Below, in pieces: positions 28,545-38,242 of a DNA stretch of 64,000 bases. The notes under the pieces are model-generated. The model was not told the origin of the DNA and made no database searches. It saw nothing but the letters and a program-made list of their open reading frames with translations. A program made the position numbers and the translations under genes. How positions within the stretch are numbered: position 1 is the stretch's first letter; every line of letters starts with the position of its first letter. This DNA is from an archaeon (GTDB taxonomy: Archaea; EX4484-52; WAPT01), in assembly GCA_029258795.1 (NCBI GenBank), contig JAPDKB010000002.1:172192-236191 (forward strand), written 5' to 3'.

Positions 28545-28874
28545 ATGGCAGGAAATGTCATCGAAATAAAAAACAAGGATGAGTTTGAAAAAGAAGTTTT
28601 GAAAGGAGATGCTCCAGTGGTGGTGGATTTTTGGGCAGAGTGGTGCATGCCATGCAGGATGATGGCTCCTGTGCTGGAGGAGCTTGCAACAGAGATGAAT
28701 GATGTGCGCTTCTTCAAGGTCAACGTGGATGAGGTGAGAGATGTTGCAATGGAGTATGGTATAATGAGCATACCGACTTTCATAGTTTTCAAAGGTGGGA
28801 AGGAAGCCGGCAGGATCGTGGGAGCAATGCCGAAGGATGTGTTCAGGAAGAAGTTGGAGGAATTGCTGCAGTGA
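28545..28874 (+). CDS. trxA: Thioredoxin
   Basis: VDFWAEWCMPC and SIPT motifs. Confidence 0.95.
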   Translation: MAGNVIEIKNKDEFEKEVLKGDAPVVVDFWAEWCMPCRMMAPVLEELATEMNDVRFFKVNVDEVRDVAMEYGIMSIPTFIVFKGGKEAGRIVGAMPKDVFRKKLEELLQ

Positions 28875-28948
28875 TATGGTTTAATTTTTAAAAGTGCACA
28901 CTCACAACTAATTCTTATTCAGCAGAATAAAACGAGCAGGTGGTGAAG

Positions 28949-29527
28949 ATGGCGGAAGAGGTTGTAATACTTGCGGGCGTGCCTGGAGCAGGGAAAACAA
29001 GCGTTGCGGAACTCGCAATTAAAGAAATGGGCGAGAAAGGGAAGGAATACAAGATAGTCAATTTTGGAGATGTACTCTTCGAGCTGATGAAGAAGGATGG
29101 TGTGGTGGAGCACAAGGATGAGATAAGGGCCAAGGTTGATCAGGCGACGTATGTGAAATACCAGAAAGCTGCTGCCGAAAAGATAGCACAGGAGGAAGGA
29201 AAGGTCATAGTCACCACCCACATGTCTCTCATGACACCGTCCGGATTTTATCCTGGACTGCCCACCTACGTGCTGGAAAGGCTAAAACCGAGCAGGATAA
29301 TCATAATTGAGGCTCCTCCCGAAGACATAAGAAAAAGGCAGGAGGAAGATACAACCAGAGTTAGGGGTTATGATTTTGAAAAGGACATTGAAACTTATCA
29401 GGAGTTCAACAGAATGTATGCTGTGGCTTATTCGGCTATGAGTGGAGCACGACTCAAAATAATCCAGAACCTGCAGGGGAAGCTGAAGGAAGCTGCTGAG
29501 GAGTTCGTCAGGGCGCTTGAATTGTGA
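28949..29527 (+). CDS. adkA: Adenylate kinase (archaeal type)
   Basis: GVPGAGKT, NFGD, GFYPGLP and RQEEDTTRVR motifs. Confidence 0.92.
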   Translation: MAEEVVILAGVPGAGKTSVAELAIKEMGEKGKEYKIVNFGDVLFELMKKDGVVEHKDEIRAKVDQATYVKYQKAAAEKIAQEEGKVIVTTHMSLMTPSGFYPGLPTYVLERLKPSRIIIIEAPPEDIRKRQEEDTTRVRGYDFEKDIETYQEFNRMYAVAYSAMSGARLKIIQNLQGKLKEAAEEFVRALEL

Positions 29528-29548
29528 TGAGTGCTGGAGGTGGTTGTC

Positions 29549-30613
29549 ATGGCGGTTAAAGATTATGTGATTCAACTTTCCAACCTTCCGGGGGTTTCCG
29601 GTAGGGAGAAGGAGGTTAGAGAGTACATAAAGAAGGAGCTGGGAAAGTACTGCCAAAATGTTGAGGAGGACAGTTTGGGTAACGTTATCGCGAGAATCGG
29701 AAAGGGGGATTTCAAAATAATGGTTGCAGCGCACATGGATGAGATAGGTATGGCTGTAAAGTACATCGATGAGAAGGGATTCATCAAGTTCACAACAATA
29801 GGCGGCATTTTTGACCAGACGCTTCTCAACCAGAGGGTTGTGGTGCACACAAGGAAGGGGAAGATCGTGGGTGTGATTGGTTGCAAACCACCCCACTTGA
29901 TGAAGGATGAAGAAAGAAAGAAGGCCGTTGAAGTGGAGGACATGTTCATCGATGTTGGCGCTAAAGACAGGAAGAATGCGGAGAAGATGGGTATAGAGAT
30001 TGGCAACCCGGTAACCATCATGATTGAAGCGGTGGAGATGGCGAACAACAAGCTCACGGGTAAGGCGTTCGATAACAGGGTTGGTTGTGCTGTGCTGCTG
30101 GAGCTTGCAAAGAAGCTCAGCAGGAAGAAGCCAAAAGCCACAATATATTTCGTTGCAACAACCCAGGAAGAGGTGGGGCTGAAAGGAGCAAGGGTGGCAG
30201 CGTTCCGCATCAACCCAGATATTGCTCTCGCCATAGATACTTGTGTTGCGGGAGATCATCCTGGGGTGAAGGAGGAGGAAGCACCTGTCAAGATGGGTAA
30301 AGGTCCGGCAATAACTCTAATAGATGGTGGCGGCTACGGACTGATAGCCCCTGAAAAGCTGGTGGACGCTGTAAAAACCATAGCAGAAAAGAAAAAAATT
30401 CCGTATCAGCTGGAAGTTGCAGAAGGAGGCACCACCGATGCCACAATCATAAACCTTACCAGAGAGGGCATACCTGCCACCACCATCTCAATTCCAGCCA
30501 GATACATCCACAGCCCTGTGGAAATGATAGACATAAGTGACGCGGAAAATGCCGTCAAGCTGCTTGAGGCAGTGGTGGAAAATGCCGAGGAGCTGAAGAG
30601 AGCACTCAGTTAA
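29549..30613 (+). CDS. M42 family aminopeptidase (TET-like)
   Basis: AAHMDEIG, KAFDNRVG, QEEVGL, GGTTDA and RYIHSP motifs. Confidence 0.95.
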   Translation: MAVKDYVIQLSNLPGVSGREKEVREYIKKELGKYCQNVEEDSLGNVIARIGKGDFKIMVAAHMDEIGMAVKYIDEKGFIKFTTIGGIFDQTLLNQRVVVHTRKGKIVGVIGCKPPHLMKDEERKKAVEVEDMFIDVGAKDRKNAEKMGIEIGNPVTIMIEAVEMANNKLTGKAFDNRVGCAVLLELAKKLSRKKPKATIYFVATTQEEVGLKGARVAAFRINPDIALAIDTCVAGDHPGVKEEEAPVKMGKGPAITLIDGGGYGLIAPEKLVDAVKTIAEKKKIPYQLEVAEGGTTDATIINLTREGIPATTISIPARYIHSPVEMIDISDAENAVKLLEAVVENAEELKRALS

Positions 30614-30620
30614 GCTTTGT

Positions 30621-31256
30621 TTACCTCAACACCGCAACGACCGTAGTTTTATCGTCTCTATAGCTCCTCTCCTTTTTCTCTGCAAGTTTCACAAGCTCCC
30701 TGCAGATATGAGAAGCTTCTCTCGCCTTGCTCACCACACTGGCGATATCTTCTGGCTTGAGAATCGAGCTTATTCCATCTGTGGCAAGCACCACAACATC
30801 TCCTTTCTCAAGCTCAACCTTTCTTTCATGCACCCTTATGTGCTCTTCTCCAATCGCCTGAAGCAGCACACCACCGCGCAAATCTTCAAGCGTGGTGAGC
30901 ATTTTCGCCTTCCCATCTCGTATCAGATAAGCCATGCTGTCTCCAACCCAGCAGAGCTCCGCAGCGTTGTTTTTTATCAGCATTGCGGTTATGGTCGTGT
31001 ATCCACACTCCCTCATCTTCCTCGCTCTGTTAACCAGCTGATTCACATGCAGAATGGCATCGCCTAACTTTCCGTACTTTCTGACCGCATCTGGCAGGAG
31101 CTTTCCAACAAGTCTGGCCGCTTCTCCTCCACCCGCGGGAATGGAAACACCGTCCATGACAGCATAAAGGTTGAGAGCAGCATCAACAACATAAGTGTCT
31201 TCATTCTCCATATGATCCTTGCCCTTGACGCTTATCGCTGCATGCTCGAGTATCAC
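30621..31256 (-). CDS. PP2C/PPM-family Ser/Thr protein phosphatase
   Basis: NED, AVMDG, GYTT, WVGDS, LATDG and DDKT motifs. Confidence 0.88.
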   Translation of the reverse strand: MILEHAAISVKGKDHMENEDTYVVDAALNLYAVMDGVSIPAGGGEAARLVGKLLPDAVRKYGKLGDAILHVNQLVNRARKMRECGYTTITAMLIKNNAAELCWVGDSMAYLIRDGKAKMLTTLEDLRGGVLLQAIGEEHIRVHERKVELEKGDVVVLATDGISSILKPEDIASVVSKAREASHICRELVKLAEKKERSYRDDKTTVVAVLR

Positions 31257-31340
31257 AATTATTCATTCCGACTACACATCATTTAAATTTTAACTGCAAA
31301 AATGAAACATTAATCGCAATTTTCAAAGGATGTGGTGGGT

Positions 31341-31649
31341 ATGTCAAGTAAAAAAATTAAAAGCGTGGAAGAAATGATATCCATCCTGAAAAAGCATGAG
31401 AAACATCTAAGGGAGGAATATGGAGTCAAATCCATAGGCATCTTTGGATCTGCGGTTCGAGGAGAGCTGAAAGAAGATAGTGATATAGATGTTCTCGTGG
31501 AGTTCGAAAGCCCGATCAGCCTTTTCAAATTCTTGGAGCTTGAAGAGTACTTGGAGAAAATTCTGGGAAGAAAGGTTGATCTCGTCTCCAAAAAAGCTTT
31601 GAAACCGAACATCGGAAAACGAATCCTCAGAGAGGTAGTTTCCGTATGA
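31341..31649 (+). CDS. Minimal nucleotidyltransferase (MNT) antitoxin
   Basis: FGSAVRGE...SDIDVLVEF and GRKVDLV motifs. Confidence 0.92.
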   Translation: MSSKKIKSVEEMISILKKHEKHLREEYGVKSIGIFGSAVRGELKEDSDIDVLVEFESPISLFKFLELEEYLEKILGRKVDLVSKKALKPNIGKRILREVVSV

Positions 31650-31990
31650 GTGATAGAACCTATAAAGATTATGTTCTTGATATACTCAATTCAATCGAGG
31701 AGATTGAGGAATTCATTAGAGGGATGGACTTCGAGGACTTCGTTAATGATAGAAAAACAATCAATGCTGTGCTGCGAAGCTTAGAAGTCATGGGTGAAGC
31801 TGCTAAAAAGATCCCAGAAGAAGTAAAAAAGAACCATTCATCAATCCCATGGAAACAGATGGCTGGGATGAGAGATAAACTAATCCACGAATATCACGGT
31901 GTAGATTTGGAGATTGTCTGGGAGGTGATAGATAAAGAAATCCCAGCTCTAAAACCTGAATTTGAAAAAATACTTGAAGAGATCGAATAA
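31646..31990 (+). CDS. HEPN (DUF86) toxin RNase
   Basis: IPWKQMAGMRDKLIHEY (Rx4HxY); ATGA overlap with the MNT gene. Confidence 0.92.
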   Translation: MSDRTYKDYVLDILNSIEEIEEFIRGMDFEDFVNDRKTINAVLRSLEVMGEAAKKIPEEVKKNHSSIPWKQMAGMRDKLIHEYHGVDLEIVWEVIDKEIPALKPEFEKILEEIE

Positions 31991-32000
31991 CCAAGAAAAG

Positions 32001-32735
32001 TTAAATCAGCCCTCTTCTCCGCATATTCCTCTCGACAAAAGGATAGGGCTCCAGGTATTCAAGCTCTATGTCGTGGAGGGAGAAGCCCGAAACTTTCAGA
32101 ATCTCAGCAAGTTTCTGAACATTTTCCATGCCGAAGACATCAAACATGACGGCAGGCCAAACTTTCACGTGAGATTCCTTTAGCTTCCTTAGAGCTTCGA
32201 TCTGCAGGTGGAAGTACTCGCCTTTTGCTCCTGAAATTCTCTCAAAACTCTCCTCATCCCAACCCTTGACAGAGATTCTGACCATGAGATTTCTCACGCC
32301 TGATAAGAGCTCGTGGACATCATCGCTTTGCCCTATCATGATTCCATTCGTCTCCAGGATGAACCGCGCTTTCTTTCCGCAGCTGCTGGCCACGCCATCC
32401 ACCACATTTACCACATGCACCGCACTTTTAACTCCAAGCACCGGCTCGGCTCCACTAATTCTGAAAAGAGCTCTGCCGTGCTTTTCCGCAAGCGCAACCA
32501 GCTTGGATGCAACGCCCTGAGAAGAGTAAAAGGCCCCGTGCTTCTCCGGATGAAGATTGCGATAATAGTTCCAGCAGTACGCACAAAGCAGGTTGCAGCC
32601 CATGGCATCGGCTGTGGCTATCCCTCCATAATACGGAGCGAATCTGAAGCGATAGTACTTCCTCCTTCCTCTCTCATCCATCACAATGCTCTCCACTTTT
32701 CTTGCCCTTTCCACCGGGTCAAACGGAATTAGCAT
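32001..32735 (-). CDS. Radical SAM protein (COG5014-like)
   Basis: YGGIATAD..GCNLLCAYC, RISGAEP and LETNG motifs. Confidence 0.88.
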   Translation of the reverse strand: MLIPFDPVERARKVESIVMDERGRRKYYRFRFAPYYGGIATADAMGCNLLCAYCWNYYRNLHPEKHGAFYSSQGVASKLVALAEKHGRALFRISGAEPVLGVKSAVHVVNVVDGVASSCGKKARFILETNGIMIGQSDDVHELLSGVRNLMVRISVKGWDEESFERISGAKGEYFHLQIEALRKLKESHVKVWPAVMFDVFGMENVQKLAEILKVSGFSLHDIELEYLEPYPFVERNMRRRGLI

Positions 32736-32747
32736 TTTTCCACCATC

Positions 32748-33353
32748 TCAAAACTCCGCCTTATCAAGTAACCCGCTTTTTTCCAGAAAGCAGATCACGA
32801 TCTCCTTAACCTTTTCAGCCGGGGCATGCTCCACATTGAGGACAAGGTCAAACACCTCCAGCTCTTTTCCCAGCGTGAATCCGTAGATTTTTTTGTAGAG
32901 CTCGACGTTCTCCCTGTCTCGCTTCTTAACATACTCCATAGCATCTTCCAAGCTTATGCCGTCTCTTCTGCTTATCCTCTCAGCCCTTGTTTTCTGGCTT
33001 GCCTGCAACCATATCTTTATCCCTTTTCCCCACACCCAAGGTAGCGCCCAGGACGTTATGGTGCAGTTGCCCTTTTTAGCCCTCTCTATGAGCATCTCAT
33101 CAAGTTTTTTATCAAAGTTAGGATCCTCCTTTCTTTTCCTCAGAAACTCCATACCTTCAGGAGTTTCCCACCAGTTTTCTGTTGGCTCGTAACCTTCCTG
33201 CCTCGCAATTTCCTTCAGCATGTCCCCTCCACACACGTAATCAATGCCGTAATGATCAGCAAGAGCTTTTGCAAGTGTGGATTTACCCACACCGGCCATT
33301 CCGCTTATGATGATGGGAGGGATAATTCTCTTTGTTTCACTCACAATGATCAC
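32748..33353 (-). CDS. cmk: Cytidylate kinase (archaeal type)
   Basis: ISGMAGVGKST P-loop; RAERISRRDG; YKKIYG. Confidence 0.88.
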   Translation of the reverse strand: MIIVSETKRIIPPIIISGMAGVGKSTLAKALADHYGIDYVCGGDMLKEIARQEGYEPTENWWETPEGMEFLRKRKEDPNFDKKLDEMLIERAKKGNCTITSWALPWVWGKGIKIWLQASQKTRAERISRRDGISLEDAMEYVKKRDRENVELYKKIYGFTLGKELEVFDLVLNVEHAPAEKVKEIVICFLEKSGLLDKAEF

Positions 33354-34912
33354 CCCTCAGCAACCCTCTTTTTAACAGCTTCCTTTATCTTTTCATGCAT
33401 TTCCTCTTCTGCCCTGAAGCTGTATGCAACATCATGACCTCCCGGTTCAGCAATGCCCTCAATCTCCTCTTTCAGCATGTTCCCAAGCACATCCTTCGCA
33501 AAGAATTCTGATGCCTTACCCTCATCCACCCGCACTATAACATTCTCACCCACAAAACAGAAGAGAGCCACACTCTTACCTTTCTCTTCCTTCAGCTTTT
33601 CGAAGAGCAGCCCTGTGCTTCTTCCCGCAGGAGGATACTGCCATCCCTTCCCCTTGAGCTCGGAGAACGCCACAACAATGTCCTTTCCCTCCACAACTTC
33701 CAAGGATGATGACATCTCACCCATCCTGCTCTCGATCATGCTGCTGATGGTTGGGTAAAGAACATCCACCATTTCCTTAAACCTCTCATCCCTAAGCATT
33801 CTCTCCACAAACAAAACATCCAGCCTCGTGTTAAGAACCGTGATTACGTAATCAAGAACCCATCTCACCTTTTCCACAAATTCTTCCCCCCAGACCTCCT
33901 TAGCTTTTTCCACAATTTCCTCAGCCCTTTCTCCCTTGCTCTTATCCGCGATGACGGCTAGAGCGCAGATAAGCAAATCGTGTTCATCAGGATTATTGAC
34001 CAGCTCCAGCATTTCATAGAGAATCAAGGCGGTGTTCTCATTCTTATCTCCACCCCAGAGATAGGGGTTCAGGACAGAGTTCACAACATCTTCCACATTT
34101 TCGTCAGGAGGGTGGTGGTCAACCACCACAACTTTGAAACCATCGGCACGAGCCAGTTTTAGCGCATCAACATCATCTTTAGTTGAGCCGTTGTCAAGGA
34201 TGACAAGCACGGTATTTTCTGCTTCCCCTCCCAAACTCTGCATGTCCAGCAAAGCATCCTCAATAGTATAGGATGGCTTCCTCATCCCGAAAAACCTGAT
34301 TTGCGGAGATTTCACCTTCAGTTTTTTGCTCATTATTTCGACAAGCTTTCCGAATAAGAGCGCGGAGGCAACACCGTCAAGGTCAAGATGGTACTTGACA
34401 ACGAACATCTTGTTCTTTTCCACACATTCAAGCAGAACAGATATTGATTTTCTCAAAAGCTCCGCTTTTTTGCCTTCACACCCCCCTACAACGGAAGCCA
34501 TAATTTCATTCTTAACACTTTCTTTTCCTTTTTCCAGTTCCTCAAGAAATTTCTCCGCTTCCTCTTTGCTCGCTTTTTCAGCTCCGACCAGCACGAAGGA
34601 GGGAATGTTCTTTTTTTCATCCCAACCTTTCAGTATTTGAGCAACAATAACATCCCCCCTATTTATCTCCGGAAAAGCCCTGATGCCCCTGCCCTGAAAA
34701 GCCGCAGTCATGATACTGCCTGTGTTGTCCTCAAGCCGGAAGAGTGTGGGCCCCTTCGTCTCCCTCACAGAAACAACTTTAGCCACCACTGTATAGGTCT
34801 TTCCCAGTCCTTCGTCATTTTTCAAGGTCTCGATGGTGACCTTTTCTTGAGATTTTAAACTTTCCTTCGGCACAGAATCTTCGGGTTTTGACATATTGGG
34901 TTTGTTTTCCAT
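33350..34912 (-). CDS. Archaeal RecJ-like DHH phosphoesterase with N-terminal OB fold
   Basis: ETKGPTLFRLED OB fold; HLDLDG, ILDNGS, VVDHH and GGH motifs. Start placed at 34912 from an upstream TATA-like TTTAAA. Confidence 0.8.
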   Translation of the reverse strand: MENKPNMSKPEDSVPKESLKSQEKVTIETLKNDEGLGKTYTVVAKVVSVRETKGPTLFRLEDNTGSIMTAAFQGRGIRAFPEINRGDVIVAQILKGWDEKKNIPSFVLVGAEKASKEEAEKFLEELEKGKESVKNEIMASVVGGCEGKKAELLRKSISVLLECVEKNKMFVVKYHLDLDGVASALLFGKLVEIMSKKLKVKSPQIRFFGMRKPSYTIEDALLDMQSLGGEAENTVLVILDNGSTKDDVDALKLARADGFKVVVVDHHPPDENVEDVVNSVLNPYLWGGDKNENTALILYEMLELVNNPDEHDLLICALAVIADKSKGERAEEIVEKAKEVWGEEFVEKVRWVLDYVITVLNTRLDVLFVERMLRDERFKEMVDVLYPTISSMIESRMGEMSSSLEVVEGKDIVVAFSELKGKGWQYPPAGRSTGLLFEKLKEEKGKSVALFCFVGENVIVRVDEGKASEFFAKDVLGNMLKEEIEGIAEPGGHDVAYSFRAEEEMHEKIKEAVKKRVAEG

Positions 34913-34946
34913 ACATAGTTTGGTTAGGTGAAAAATTTTAAAGAAA

Positions 34947-35807
34947 TCAGCTCCAGTCAGCCAGCGATTTTCTATGTTGCTCATCCTTACCTTCACTTCC
35001 TTCCACTACATCCTTCAGCTTGATCTCTTGAAAGTCCCGTGCGGCTATCGTTTTCACCCCCGTCTCTTCGGTTATACGCTTCGCAACCTCCCACGGCATA
35101 CTCCTGAGCATCTCCATGCCGAAATGCTGCAGCACCGCAAGCTTTGGCTTCGCATGCCTGATTATCTCAAGCGCATCCTCGCTATCCATGTGCTTCGAGA
35201 ATTCTACATCCTGCCCTTTGTACGGATTCTGGTTGAAAAGGCAGTTAAGGATAAGGACGTCACACCCCTTAAACTGGCTGCCGATGTTATCAAAATAAAT
35301 CGTGTCTCCAGTGTAACCAATCACATACTTATCGCTCTCTATCCTGAAACCCACCGCTTTAGGGTCTGTGTGTAGCGCTTTAGTGGCTGCAATTTTCACG
35401 TTCCCGACTTCCACTTCATCTCCAGCATTAACCACAAAATACTTCTCCAGCGCGTTCAGATGGTAGTCTGTTGTAATCCGTTCAACTCTTTTACCATTAT
35501 TCTCATAACCCTCAATGGCCGAAACGTTCCCGATGAGCACACCTCTCTTTTTGGTTATGCCGTTCGTCATAGCCTCTATCATAACGTTGGCATCATTGCA
35601 ATGATCTATGTGTGCATGCGAAACAAGCAACGCATTGAGTTTTCTCAGAGGCAGGTTATGTCTGGTGGCATGAACAAGCGCGCCGGGGCCGGGATCAATG
35701 TAGAGTCGGGTGTCATCCATCTCAATGTAAATTCCGCCTGTTGCTCTCAGCTGCGTTATCAGAACGAATCTTCCGCCACCCGTCCCCATGAACTTTATGA
35801 AGTCCAT
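34947..35807 (-). CDS. MBL-fold metallo-hydrolase
   Basis: FMGTGGGR, IDPGPG, SHAHIDH, YTGDT and QHFG motifs. Confidence 0.9.
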   Translation of the reverse strand: MDFIKFMGTGGGRFVLITQLRATGGIYIEMDDTRLYIDPGPGALVHATRHNLPLRKLNALLVSHAHIDHCNDANVMIEAMTNGITKKRGVLIGNVSAIEGYENNGKRVERITTDYHLNALEKYFVVNAGDEVEVGNVKIAATKALHTDPKAVGFRIESDKYVIGYTGDTIYFDNIGSQFKGCDVLILNCLFNQNPYKGQDVEFSKHMDSEDALEIIRHAKPKLAVLQHFGMEMLRSMPWEVAKRITEETGVKTIAARDFQEIKLKDVVEGSEGKDEQHRKSLADWS

Positions 35808-35838
35808 GGGAGAAGATAGTGGTCAGTGTTTTAAAAAT

Positions 35839-36633
35839 TTATTCGGTCAGGGATTGCTTCAGAAACTCTCTGATGATCCATGCAACAGTCCTGCTTGAAA
35901 CGTGCGATTCCACCAGCGGGTTAAGCTCAACAACATCCATACCAGCGAGATTTTTAAAGCGCTTTATCACGGAAACAATGTCCTCAACTTTCAATCCAGC
36001 TGGAACCGGGTCAGCAACCCCCGGCATGATGGAAGGATCGAGCACATCAACATCCAAGCTGATGTAGGTCGGCATCTCAGCATCCAGCTCTTCCAGTTCC
36101 ACCAGCTTCAGCTCTTCCAGCCCGTTCATTTCCTCCCTCACACCCATGACGGCAATTTTAACGTTATTCAGTTCCGCTATCCTTTTCAGCACGGTTGCAT
36201 GGCTCAACTTCAGGCCCATATATTCATCGTAAGCATCGCCATGTGCGTCCATGAAAACGAGCTGCAAATTATCCAGCTTGCTGGCGAGAAATTTAACCAT
36301 ACCGTAAGTTATGGTGTGCTCTCCACCCAGCACGAGAAGCTTAGCATTGTTATTCTTACTCCATATCTCCTGAAGAACATCCTCCAACTTTTCCATCGTC
36401 TTCTCCACACTTCCGTGCACTACTACAACATCTCCTGCATCGTAAAGCGTATCAGCGATTCGCTCGTTCACATCCATAGAGAGCAGGGCTTTTCTGATCT
36501 CAAGCGGTGCAAGCCTCTGTCCCGGCAGCGTGGTTTCGGTGGTATCGAAGGGCACACCAAGAACGATAACCCTTGCGTTTTCTATATCTTCTCTCTCACT
36601 CACCAGAAAGTTTCTTGTGGTGTTGAGGAGCAT
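35839..36633 (-). CDS. speB: Agmatinase / arginase-family ureohydrolase
   Basis: GVPFD, GGEHTIT, DAHGD, SHAT, SLDVDVLDP and DVVELNP motifs. Confidence 0.88.
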   Translation of the reverse strand: MLLNTTRNFLVSEREDIENARVIVLGVPFDTTETTLPGQRLAPLEIRKALLSMDVNERIADTLYDAGDVVVVHGSVEKTMEKLEDVLQEIWSKNNNAKLLVLGGEHTITYGMVKFLASKLDNLQLVFMDAHGDAYDEYMGLKLSHATVLKRIAELNNVKIAVMGVREEMNGLEELKLVELEELDAEMPTYISLDVDVLDPSIMPGVADPVPAGLKVEDIVSVIKRFKNLAGMDVVELNPLVESHVSSRTVAWIIREFLKQSLTE

Positions 36634-36723
36634 GATCTCACCTCATTCACACTTTTCATTGAAAGTATTTTAAAATATTCACCATAAAATAATAAATCGA
36701 TGAGGTCGAATCGAGCCGGGTGA

Positions 36724-36954
36724 TTGTGGTTGGCAAGGTTGGCGAGGTGCAGTTACAGGGATTGTAATGACAATGAAGGTGGCGTGTGTTTGTTTGACGG
36801 GTATTGCGGGAATCCCCAGAGATACACCGAATATTTCAGTGATGAGAGATATGTGAGAGAAATTCTTAACCGTGCCAGAGAGGAAAGAATGAAGAGAATA
36901 GAGGAAAACCTGAAGAAAAAGTACGGGGAAGAAATCGTAGGAAGCATACTTTAA
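36724..36954 (+). CDS. Small Cys-rich hypothetical protein
   Basis: Cx4C...Cx5C followed by a charged helix; RBS-like GGGTGA. Confidence 0.45.
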   Translation: MWLARLARCSYRDCNDNEGGVCLFDGYCGNPQRYTEYFSDERYVREILNRAREERMKRIEENLKKKYGEEIVGSIL

Positions 36955-36980
36955 AAATTTTCCGATTCCAACCTTGATAT

Positions 36981-37682
36981 ATGGGTGGAATGGATTTCGA
37001 CCAGCAGGCATTCAACGATTTCATCTTGGAGAACGGCATAGTTGGTTTTTTTGAGGAGCCGATAACTCTCAAATCCGGGAGGCTTTCTCACTTCTATGTC
37101 AACTGGAGAAATGTGACCGAAGACGTGTTTCTCATCGATCGGCTTGCCGATTTCATCATAAGCTTCGTGAGAAGCAAAGGGCTTAAAGCGGACTGCTTTT
37201 TTGGCGTGCCTGAAGGAGCAACCAAGACCGGTATAATAGTGCAGTACAAATGGGCCAAGATGAGCGAGAACTTCGGAAAGGGAAGTCACGTTCTTCCCAT
37301 GGGGCGAGGAAAGGTAAAGCAGCATGGCATGCCCAAAGACAGATTTTTTGTGGGGGCTCCGAAAGGCAGAGTGGTGGTGATAGAGGATGTCACCACGACC
37401 GGATCATCTCTGATAGAGTGGGTTAGCAAGCTGACGGAGCTTGATGCGGTGGATAGGGTAACTGCTATAGCACTCACAAACAGGATGGAAAGAAGGGATG
37501 ACGGGAAGAGCGTTGCTGAAGTGCTTGCTGAGATGAACGTGCAATATCACGCGATGAGTAACGCTGTAGAGCTGCTTCCACTCGCATTTCAGAGATGGAA
37601 AAGCGAGAAAAAAGAAGAAGTGGGCAGGAAAGTGGAGGAGTACTTCAAAACTTACGGATTGGAGGAATTGAAGCTGCTGTGA
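36981..37682 (+). CDS. pyrE: Orotate phosphoribosyltransferase-like PRTase
   Basis: TLKSGRLSHFYVN and the PRPP motif VVVIEDVTTTGSS. Confidence 0.78.
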   Translation: MGGMDFDQQAFNDFILENGIVGFFEEPITLKSGRLSHFYVNWRNVTEDVFLIDRLADFIISFVRSKGLKADCFFGVPEGATKTGIIVQYKWAKMSENFGKGSHVLPMGRGKVKQHGMPKDRFFVGAPKGRVVVIEDVTTTGSSLIEWVSKLTELDAVDRVTAIALTNRMERRDDGKSVAEVLAEMNVQYHAMSNAVELLPLAFQRWKSEKKEEVGRKVEEYFKTYGLEELKLL

Positions 37683-37735
37683 ACCTCCTGTTATTTTGAA
37701 GTAACTAATGGAGATCTCTGAGTTTGTAGGGGTAA

Positions 37736-38137
37736 TTACTCGGACTTCTTCACCTTCACCAGCACCTTATCTCTGCCAGCCAGCACCCAGTATTCTGCTT
37801 CCGCTCCTTCCACCACATCATTCTTCAAATCTTCCGGTATGCGCAGCTCAAAAACCTCATAAGTCTCAAGGTCCATCAGCTGAGCCATATCACCCATTAC
37901 CGCCACGATCTGAGCTTTTCTCTTATCAACATTCGGGCTGGGTATTTTGGAATTTCCGGGAAGAGTAATTTCTCTCCTTCTACCATCAGCTATCCCTTCC
38001 GCTATTATCCTGCACTTAGCACTTCCGTGCTTTCCAGTGGAAGCTATCTTGAGGTCTATAACAACGCAGGGCACATTATCGATCATCACATATGTACCTT
38101 TTTTGGCCTGTTTTGCTTCTATCTGTTTCACATCCAT
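37736..38137 (-). CDS. eif5a: Translation factor aIF5A
   Basis: STGKHGSAK hypusination loop; QLMDLETYEVFE; ATG 38137 preceded by GGAGGTGA. Confidence 0.96.
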   Translation of the reverse strand: MDVKQIEAKQAKKGTYVMIDNVPCVVIDLKIASTGKHGSAKCRIIAEGIADGRRREITLPGNSKIPSPNVDKRKAQIVAVMGDMAQLMDLETYEVFELRIPEDLKNDVVEGAEAEYWVLAGRDKVLVKVKKSE

Positions 38138-38242
38138 CAATATCACCTCCTGAAACAACAGCTGAAAACATATCGAGAATTTCGATATGAGAAAGTTCAC
38201 ACAGGAATCTTTATAAATATTTTTGGCGCGGAAGTTTGAGTT

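Noticed and set aside
29282-30259. 325-aa minus-strand ORF and similar ones (5430-6188, 12270-13136, 35902-36687, 49591-50379)
   Set aside because: They overlap well-supported genes on the other strand and have no motifs of their own
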